Assembly: GCA_963826825.1 (NCBI GenBank)
Contig: CAWGYV010000016.1
Coordinates: 131,117-195,116, forward strand
Direction of reading: 5' to 3'
Origin: an uncultured Acidimicrobiia bacterium
GTDB taxonomy: Bacteria > Actinomycetota > Acidimicrobiia > Spongiisociales > DATADW01
DNA: 64,000 nt
The notes under the pieces were generated by a model. That model saw nothing but the letters and a program-made list of their open reading frames with translations. It was not told the origin of the DNA and did not search any database. A program made the position numbers and the translations under genes. Of the stretch, positions 57,076-64,000 are shown one piece after another. Position 1 is the stretch's first letter, and each line of letters opens with the position of its first letter.

Positions 57076-57541
57076 TTGCTCGATGAGGGAACGGCGCTCC
57101 CCGACTTCGAATCCACGGACGACCGTGGGCGACGGGTGACCCGCGGCGACCTGTTGGGGAAATGGGCAGTCGTCTGGTGGTACGTCGAGGCGGACACCCC
57201 CGGCTGAACGCTCGAAGGGGAGGGGTTCCGTGACCGAACCCCTGAATTCGAAGCAGCCGGCGCCGCCATCTTCGGGGTGTCATACGACTCGCCCGCAGGA
57301 CAACCGCGCCTGGTCGGAGATGATGGGATTCGACTTCCCGTTGCTGTCCGACCCCGACCATGCCATCGGGCGCGCCCAAGGTGTCGAGCGGGAACCCGAT
57401 GACCGTCGCTTTGGCTGGCCGCGACGGGTTACCTACCTGGTCGACCCCGACGGGATGGTGCGACGCGCCTACCTGGTTACCGACAACGCGGCTCACGCCG
57501 AGGAGGTGCTCGGCGACCTCCGGTCTCTCGGCGAGCAATGA
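57076..57541 (+). CDS. bcp: Bcp/PrxQ-type peroxiredoxin with an in-frame TGA at the peroxidatic Cys position (candidate selenocysteine) and one frame disruption near 57290
   Basis: The AGAGGAGGTG RBS is 5 nt before TTG at 57076. The sequence GTALPDFESTDDRGRRVTRGDLLGKWAVVWWYVEADTPG is followed by TGA at 57205-57207. The in-frame continuation TLEGEGFRDRTPEFEAAGAAIFGVSYDSP aligns with TPGCTxxxCGxRDxxxEF of Bcp. After a one-base shift the C-terminus reads NRAWSEMMGFDFPLLSDPDHAIG ... RVTYLVDPDGMVRRAY. Total length is about 154 aa, a typical Bcp size. Confidence 0.55.
57212..57251 (+). other. SECIS-like bulged stem-loop beginning 5 nt after the in-frame UGA
   Basis: The structure is UCGAA-GGGGA-GGGGUUC-[CGUGACC]-GAACCCC-UGAA-UUCGA. 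It has a 7-bp perfect upper stem, a 7-nt apical loop containing GU, and a 5-bp lower stem with internal loops. The apex is about 27 nt downstream of UGA. Confidence 0.45.
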
Positions 57542-57548
57542 GCAACCG

Positions 57549-58994
57549 TCACCCTCCGACGATGGTGCGCGACTGCTCCCTCAGGTACTGGGTCAGGTAG
57601 TGGGGACCCCCGCCTGCCTTGCCGCTGGTCCCCGACCCCTTCCAGCCACCGAACGGCTGCACGCCGGGCCAGGCGCCGGTGGTTGCCCCCGCCCTGCGGT
57701 TGAGGTAGACGACTCCGGCCTCGATCCCGGTGAGGAATCGGTCGATCTCGTCCCTGGTCGCGGCTGTAGAACCCTGCCGTCAGCCCGTACTCGGTGTCGT
57801 TGGCCCGGGCCAGTCCCTCGTCCATGTCGTCCACCGCAGCCACCGCCACGAATGGAACGAAGAGCTCCCGCTTCCAGATCCACGACGACTCCGGAGCGGT
57901 CACCACGGTCGGCTGGACGAAGTTCCCCCGCTCGAGATCGCCCTCGGTGATGACCTCCCCTCCGGCGAGTATCGAGCCGGTCGACCGTGCCTCGGCCACC
58001 GCTTCGCCGAAGCGCTCGACGGCTCGCCTGTCGATCACCGGCCCGAGGTACACCGACCGGTCGAGCGGGTTACCCACCGCCACCTTCTCCGCCTTGGCGA
58101 TGAGGCCGTCGATGAACTCGTCCAGCACCGGACGCTCCACGTAGACCCTCGAGGCGGCGGAGCATTTCTGACCTCCGAACCCGAAGGCGGAGCGCATCAC
58201 CCCGTCGGTGGCCTCGTCGATGTCGGCGGCAGCGGTGACGATCACCGGGTTCTTGCCACCCATCTCACAGATGGCCGGCTTCGGATAGCTGGCGGCGAAG
58301 CTGCGGTGGATCCCCATCCCCACCTCGTATGAGCCGGTGAACGTGATCCCGTCAACATCGGGGTGGTGCACCAGCGTGTCGCCGGCAATTGGTCCCGAGC
58401 CCGTGACCAGGTGAACGGCACCCGCCGGCACACCGGCCTGCCGTAGCGCCTCGTAGAGCTTCACCGCCATCAGCGCTCCGGCATTGGACGGCTTGAGCAC
58501 CACGGTGTTCCCGGCAACCAGGGCGGCGCCCGCCGGCCCCGCCGCAAGCGCCATCGGGAAGTTGAAGGGACTGATCACCGCCCATACGCCATACGGTCGC
58601 ATCACGTCCCAGGTGGCCTCATCGGGCGACAGCCGGTTCATGGCCTGCGTGTAGCCGTCTTGGTCCTCGATCTCGTGGCAGTAGTAGCGGATGAGATCGG
58701 CCGACTCCTCGACGTCGCCCAAAGCCTCGAGGCGGTTCTTCCCCACTTCCATGGTCATCAGCGCCGCCAACTCGAATCGCTGGTCGCTGATGACGTCCGC
58801 CGCCTCGCGCAACAGCCTGGCGCGCTCCTGCCATGGGGTCGCCGCCCAGGCGGGGCGAAGGAGCGGGCGGCGTCGACGGCGGCGTCGACGTCCTTCGCGG
58901 TGGCTTGGGCGAAACGTCCCAGGACGACGTCGTGATCGATCGGGGATCGCTCCTCGTGCTCGCCGTCGCCGGAGCGCGCCTCGCCATCGATCAT
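57549..58994 (-). pseudogene. aldehyde dehydrogenase (NAD(P)-dependent ALDH superfamily) with frame disruptions near 58852-58855 (G4 run) and near 57770
   Basis: The N-terminal piece is MIDGEARSGDGEHEERSPIDHDVVLGRFAQATAKDVDAAVDAARSFAP. The core is AWAATPWQERARLL ... FTGSYEVG ... EMGGKNP ... the catalytic Cys in GQKCSAASR. The true C-terminus (DEIDRFLTGIEAGVVYLNRRAGATTGAWPGVQPFGGWKGSGTSGKAG) is in a third frame. Confidence 0.55.
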
Positions 58995-59168
58995 CAGCGG
59001 GTGGCTCTCCCCGAGACGAGCTCCGCGCCGCCTCTATACCGTGGTCGTATCCGTCGTGGAGGTCGGCATCATCCGCCGACATGGTTGCGTACGTGACCCG
59101 AAAGCTCATGGCGGCGAACCCTAGGTCGCCAGGTCTGGGCGACGACCCGATCGATACCATCGACTGAG

Positions 59169-60267
59169 ATGTCGGAACCCAACCTGTCGATGCCCGTGGT
59201 CTGGACCGACCGGCACCGCCTCCATGAGCCGAAGGGTGAGGTTTGGCTCGGGGTGTGGATCGAGGGGACCGAGGTTCCGGCAAGAGGTGAACGCATCCGC
59301 CAGGCCCTGGAGGAGGCCGGCGCCTCGTTCGTCGATCCTCGCGCCTACGACGACGGCCCCATTCGAGGCCGTCCACGACCCCGCCTTTCTCTCGTTTCTC
59401 GCCAACGCATACGACGAATGGGTGGCAGGCGGATACCTCGACGAGCCAGGGCAGGACCGCGTCGTGCCGTATGTCTTCCCGCTCCCCCAGCTGACATCGG
59501 GGAGGGCGCCACGCCGGCCCGCAGCGGCCTCGGCGCGCACTGGGATGTTCGCCATGGACACGATGACCCTGATCGGTCCCGGCACCTGGGAGGCGGCCAG
59601 AGCCGTCGCCGAGGCCGCGCTGACCGCAGCCGACCTGGTCGCCGACGGCATCCCTGCCGCATACGCCGTCTGCCGGCCACCGGGACACCACGTCGGCCGC
59701 GACTTCTACGGAGGGTCTTGCTACCTGAACAACGCCGCCATCGCCGCACAGCGGCTGCGCTCCCGCGGCATCCCAAGGGTTGGGATCATCGACCTCGACG
59801 CCCACCACGGCAACGGGACTCAGGAGATCTTCTACCGGCGTGTCCGACGTGGTCTACGCCTCGGTCCACGTCGATCCGGGTGCGGGATGGTTTCCCCACT
59901 TCGTCGGGTACGACGATGAGACCGGCGATGAGGACGGTGCAGGGGCGAACCTGAATCTTCCGTTGCCACCGGGGACCGGCGATTCCGAGTGGCTGCGAAG
60001 CGGTCGGTCGGCTGATCGGATTCGTCGCCGACCACTGGCATCGGAGCAGTGGTCGTGTCGCTGGGCGTGGATGCGGCCCGCGACGACCCTGAAAGCCCGT
60101 TGCAGGTCACGGCCGACGGCTATGCGGAAGCGGGCCGGCTGGTGGCAGGGCTCGGCCTCCCCACCGTCTTCGTCCAGGAAGGCGGGTACCACCTGGACAG
60201 CCTCGGCCAACTCGTGCTGGCTACGCTGCTCGCCTTCGAGGGGGAGAAGCGGGAGAGGCATGACTGA
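59169..60267 (+). pseudogene. histone-deacetylase-family (acetoin-utilisation / acetylpolyamine-amidohydrolase-like) enzyme broken by about four frame shifts (about 59357, 59830, 59995, 60045)
   Basis: HDAC motifs are spread over three frames: MSEPNLSMPVVWTDRHRLHEP ; EAVHDPAFLSFL ... CRPPGHHVGRDFYGGSCYLNNAAIAAQRL ... VGIIDLDAHHGNGTQEIF ; DVVYASVHVDPGAGWFPHFVGYDDETG ; AVVVSLGVDAARDDPESPLQVTADGY ... FVQEGGYHLDSL. Confidence 0.5.
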
Positions 60268-62113
60268 GGCCGGTGCGCTGTCCTCGAAGCTGGTTGCGAT
60301 GTGGGTCGGCAAGGACACGCACGGCGGCGTCCCCAGCCAACCCCGCCCCGATCTGCCGCCTCCCCCGCACTGGCGGCTCGAGGCGATCGCCGCCACAGAA
60401 CGCCCCCATCACCTCGCCCTCTCGCCCGACGGCGCCACCGTCGCCTTCGCCCTCGACCGCGACACGTCCGACATGTGGTCGGTCCCCGTCGCCGGGGGGA
60501 CCGCCCGACGGTTGAGCGTGGACCGGGTCCCCCATGCCTACTGGGAGGACACCGCCCCGGTATGGTCGCCCGACGGGAGTCGCCTCGCCTATGTGGACGA
60601 GGGAATGCTCTGCGTGGTCCCCGGTGGCGGCGGCCCAGGCAAACGTCTGGTGGAAGCGGGCGATCCGCATTGGGTGGACGAGAACCGGATGATCGTCACC
60701 GTCGATCGGGATCGGCATTCCCGTTTCGCCTGGCTCGATCCTGACGACTCGTGGCCGCAGCCGTTCGGACCTTCCGATGGCGATGTCGGCGAGCTGTCGC
60801 TCTCCCCGGACCGGTCGTGGGCGGTGTTCACCTTCTACCCGCCATCCGACCGCAAGCGAAGCGACATCTGGCGGGTCGAGTTGGCGGACGGCGCCTCCCG
60901 CCGCCTCAGCGGCACCCCCGGCTACCAGGAGCGCGGAGCCGCCATCAGCCCGGACGGTTCGACCATCGCCTTCTTGTCCGAACAGCCGGGATGGAACCAG
61001 GTCCATCTGATGGCTGCCGATGGGTCGGGGCGGCGACAGCTGACCGAAGACCAGGGCAACTTCAGCCAGCTTGCCTGGCACCCCGACGGCGGCTCGCTCG
61101 TGGCGACCAGGCACAACTCCGGGGTATGCGACCTGGTCAGGGTCGATGGCACCACGGGCGAGGTCACCGTGATCGGAGTCGGGGGATGGTGGAGCGACCC
61201 GGCGTGGACGGCTGACGGTGCCCTCGTCGCACTCCACGAGGACCAGCGCACCCCGCCAAGGATCGTCCGCATCGACCGCGACGGATCGATCGCCACACTG
61301 CTGCAACCGGCGCCGGCGGCGGTGATGGCCGCGCCATACGTCGTCCCCGAGGTGGTCAGCTACAAGTCCCTCGATGGCCTCGAGATCCCGGCGTTCCTCT
61401 TCAAGCCGGCCGCCGCCGAGGACAAGCCGGTGGCCGCCATCGTCTATCCCCACGGCGGCCCGACATCGGTCTACGGCGACGAGTGGGACGGTCACGCCCA
61501 GTATTTCGTCGAGAAGGGGTACGCCTGGCTGGCGATCAACTTCAGAGGGAGCGTCGGGTACGGCCTCGAGTTCGAGCGAGCCAACCACGGCGTCTGGGGG
61601 GTCAGGGACACCGAGGACTGCCTCGCCGCCTACGACTTCCTCGCCTCGCTCGATTGGATCGATCCCCGCCGCATCGGGATATTCGGCGCCAGCTATGGGT
61701 CCTACATGGCCCTTTGCTCGCTGGCAATGGACCCCGAGCACCGCTTCGCCTGCGGGGTGCTCAAGTACGGCGACTGCAACATCCTCACCACTTGGGCCCA
61801 GGGCGACCGCGGCGGGGCCGAGGACCTGGAACGGATGATGGGTCACCCCGCAGACAACCCGGAGGCCTATCGGGCCGGCTCACCGGTGCACCACCTCGCC
61901 GACGTGGAGCGGCCGCTGCTCATCGCCCACGGCGAGCAGGATGAGCGGGTTCATCTCAAGCAGTCCGAGGAGCTGGTCGAGCACCTCGACAAGCTCGGCA
62001 AGACGTACGAGTACGTGACCTATCCCACCGAGGGTCACGGGCTGCTCAGAGCGGCGCCCCAGGTGGACTTCTACCGGAGGCTGGAGCGCTTCCTCGACTG
62101 GTATCTGATGTAG
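60260..62113 (+). CDS. S9-family serine peptidase (prolyl-oligopeptidase / acylaminoacyl-peptidase-like: beta-propeller plus alpha/beta hydrolase)
   Basis: ATG at 60260 follows a GGGAGAGG RBS and overlaps the HDAC-like stop. The propeller repeats are SPDGATVAF, SPDGSRLAY, SPDGSTIAF and HPDGGSLVA. The catalytic GxSYG is IFGASYGSYMA. Asp and His lie in the C-terminal region (IAHGEQDERV ... EGHG). Confidence 0.8.
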   Translation: MTEAGALSSKLVAMWVGKDTHGGVPSQPRPDLPPPPHWRLEAIAATERPHHLALSPDGATVAFALDRDTSDMWSVPVAGGTARRLSVDRVPHAYWEDTAPVWSPDGSRLAYVDEGMLCVVPGGGGPGKRLVEAGDPHWVDENRMIVTVDRDRHSRFAWLDPDDSWPQPFGPSDGDVGELSLSPDRSWAVFTFYPPSDRKRSDIWRVELADGASRRLSGTPGYQERGAAISPDGSTIAFLSEQPGWNQVHLMAADGSGRRQLTEDQGNFSQLAWHPDGGSLVATRHNSGVCDLVRVDGTTGEVTVIGVGGWWSDPAWTADGALVALHEDQRTPPRIVRIDRDGSIATLLQPAPAAVMAAPYVVPEVVSYKSLDGLEIPAFLFKPAAAEDKPVAAIVYPHGGPTSVYGDEWDGHAQYFVEKGYAWLAINFRGSVGYGLEFERANHGVWGVRDTEDCLAAYDFLASLDWIDPRRIGIFGASYGSYMALCSLAMDPEHRFACGVLKYGDCNILTTWAQGDRGGAEDLERMMGHPADNPEAYRAGSPVHHLADVERPLLIAHGEQDERVHLKQSEELVEHLDKLGKTYEYVTYPTEGHGLLRAAPQVDFYRRLERFLDWYLM

Positions 62114-62144
62114 CACCCGCCGTAGGCGGGAGAAGGGACGATCG

Positions 62145-63919
62145 ATGACAAGGCGGCTCACCACCATGGGGGCGCTGCTCGCCCTGCTGGCTGCATGCGG
62201 TACCGGGGGGGATACGACCGCGACGACCACGAGCGGATGGGACCGCGCCGGCGACAGCAGACGACCGCGACCGGCGGGACCACCGGAGAACCGAGCGACA
62301 CCACCGCATCCGCAAGCGGTGCAACCGGGGGCACGGTCCGCATCGGCTACGGCGGCTCCCCCGACAGCCTCAACCCGGGCCTCGGCCTGCTCTCCGAGGC
62401 ATACATCATGTACGAGTTGGTGTACGACACACCGATAACCATCGACCTCGACGGAAACTACGTTCCCGAACTGGCCGAGGAGTGGTCGGTGTCTGATGAC
62501 GGGCTCACCTGGACGCTCGACCTGGTGGAAGGAGCCACCTTCCACGACGGAACGCCGCTCACCGCCGAGGACGTCAAGTACTCGCTCGAGTTGTGGCGGG
62601 ACCACGAGGACTGGGCCTATCTCTCCGCCTACGGAGACGTATTTGAAGATATCCAGGCGCCCGACGAGCAGACGGTCACCATCACCTTGACCAACCCGGT
62701 GGGCAACTTCGAGTCGCGCATGGTGTTCATGTACGTCGTGCCCAAGGCGATCTGGGAGGAGGTCGAGGATCCGGTCGCCTTCGACAACGCCGAGATGATC
62801 GGATCGGGGCCCTTCAAACTGGCGGAGTACCGGCAGGGCGAGTTCGTCCGGCTAGAGGCCAACGATGACTACTTGGGGGCACCGCCCAATGTCGATGAGG
62901 TGATCTTCCAGACGATCCAGAACGCCGACGCCCGGGTCTCGGCGCTGACCACCGGTCAAGCGGACATGATCACCGAGTTCCCGAAGACGGCGGTGGCCAC
63001 GCTGCGCAACGACCCCAACATCACGGTCGTGAGTGGAGAGCCCCTGTCGCCCAGCCTGGTCGACATCTTCTTCAACCTGGTCGAACCGGAGCGATGCCCC
63101 GAGGACGGCGTCTGCAGCGGCCACCCGGCGCTGCGTGACCTGGCGGTGCGCACCGCCCTGGCCCATGCCGTCGACAAGCAGCAGATGATCGACGTGGTCC
63201 AGCTCGGACTCGGGACGCCCGGCCTGTCCCTCCTCGCTCCCGGTTACGGGCCGTACTTCAACTCTGAATTGCAGGACTACGCATTCGACATCGCCGAGGC
63301 AAACCGGATCCTCGACGAAGCGGGGTACGCCGACGAGGACGGAGACGGCGTACGCGAGTGCCTCCCCGATCAGGACTGCGACGACCTCACCTTCAGATTC
63401 AATTTCAACACCGACGCCGACACCGCCCCCCGCGAAGCGGAGCTCCTTTCGGGATGGTGGGCGGAGATCGGCGTGGCGCTACAGATCCAGGGACTCGACG
63501 GCGACACTCTGACCTCGGTGTGCTGTCCCGCATTCGACTTCGACATCATCCGTTGGAGCTGGGGAGGGGATCCCGACCCGGCCTTCCTGTTGGGCATCGT
63601 GTTGTGCGACGAGCTGGATACCGGGTTGTCGGAAACGGGCTACTGCAACGAGGAGTACGACCAGCTCTACGCCGACCAGGGGATCGAGACCGACCCCGAG
63701 GCGCGCCGCCAGATCATCTGGGAGATGCAGGAGATCCTGATGCGGGACCTCCCCTACATCATCCCCTACTACGACCAGACGGTGCAGGCGTACCGAAACG
63801 ACACATTCACCGGCTGGCAGGACTCGGCGACCCGCCTCTCGCTCGAGGATCCGACCTCACTGACGGTCATCCGGCCGGCGGGTATGAGTAGTGAGTACTG
63901 GGTAGTGAGTAATGAGTAG
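62145..63919 (+). pseudogene. ABC transporter substrate-binding lipoprotein, family 5 (peptide/nickel type), with a frame disruption in the low-complexity linker (G7 run at 62203-62209 or shortly after)
   Basis: The lipoprotein signal MTRRLTTMGALLALLAACGTGG is in one frame. The full SBP_bac_5 body (TVRIGYGGSPDSLNPGL ... TLDLVEGATFHDGTPLTAEDVKYS ...) is in another frame that starts 50 nt downstream. Confidence 0.55.
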
Positions 63920-63975
63920 TGGGTAATGGGTAGAACTCGATACTCAATACTCAATACTCATTACCCGCCCGGGAA
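63887..63975. repeat. tandem heptanucleotide repeats (NTGAGTA / NTGGGTA, 7 copies) followed by 3 inverted copies (TACTCAA), flanked by an outer inverted repeat CCGGCGGGTA / TACCCGCCCGG: a long imperfect hairpin at the 3' end of the SBP gene
   Basis: It is read directly at 63887-63975. The left arm overlaps the last about 11 codons of the SBP ORF (SSEYWVVSNE). The window ends 25 nt later. Confidence 0.5.
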
Positions 63976-64000
63976 TAGACGGCCCGAACTTCCCACGATC

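Noticed and set aside
57205-57207. Treating the bcp TGA simply as a true premature stop or pseudogene
   Set aside because: I did not fully reject this, but it is not the preferred reading. The stop falls exactly on the catalytic Cys codon, where TGC to TGA is one transition away. A strong SD and a SECIS-like hairpin are in place. A random nonsense mutation would not be expected to coincide with both. Sequencing error remains the main alternative.

Overview
This is a high-GC (about 68-70%) actinobacterial-type chromosomal segment with roughly 60 protein-coding genes on both strands, often translationally coupled by ATGA, GTGA or TGATG overlaps. No rRNA, tRNA, CRISPR array or transposase/integrase genes are visible. 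The content is mostly housekeeping and metabolic. It includes a PDZ lipoprotein, a divergent FtsH-family AAA+ metalloprotease with a lipoprotein and a secreted S33 hydrolase, YqgE/AlgH, RNase HII, a patatin-like phospholipase, an ECF sigma with a candidate anti-sigma factor, and a DedA membrane protein. Two paralogous secreted binding-protein-like proteins sit together, one of them fused to a vWA domain. A seven-gene operon encodes a NitT/TauT-type ABC importer, a Dabb protein, an amidohydrolase-2 enzyme and a 2-hydroxyacid dehydrogenase. Other genes are a MazEF-like toxin-antitoxin pair with an operator inverted repeat, glgX, an orphan phoU coupled to a cNMP-binding protein, a membrane-fused spermidine-synthase-like protein, and two F420-linked enzymes (a Ddn-like nitroreductase and an LLM oxidoreductase fused to a P-loop kinase). 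A resistance-like cluster combines a class-II UvrA paralog with two VOC/glyoxalase proteins, a DUF1801 protein and an AraC regulator. Further along are a GH15 hydrolase coupled to a UbiA prenyltransferase, an ornithine-decarboxylase-fold enzyme, OsmC followed by a first metY copy, and an intact second metY copy. The remaining genes encode SURF1, a gamma-glutamyltransferase, an aldehyde dehydrogenase, an HDAC-family amidohydrolase, an S9 peptidase and two family-5 ABC substrate-binding proteins. Two observations stand out. First, about a dozen genes are interrupted by single-base frame disruptions, several at G/C homopolymers and most densely between 52 and 62 kb. Second, a Bcp/PrxQ-type peroxiredoxin gene carries an in-frame TGA exactly at the peroxidatic cysteine of the TPGCT motif, followed 5 nt downstream by a strong bulged stem-loop. 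That makes it a candidate selenocysteine peroxiredoxin with a SECIS-like element, if the TGA is not a sequencing error.
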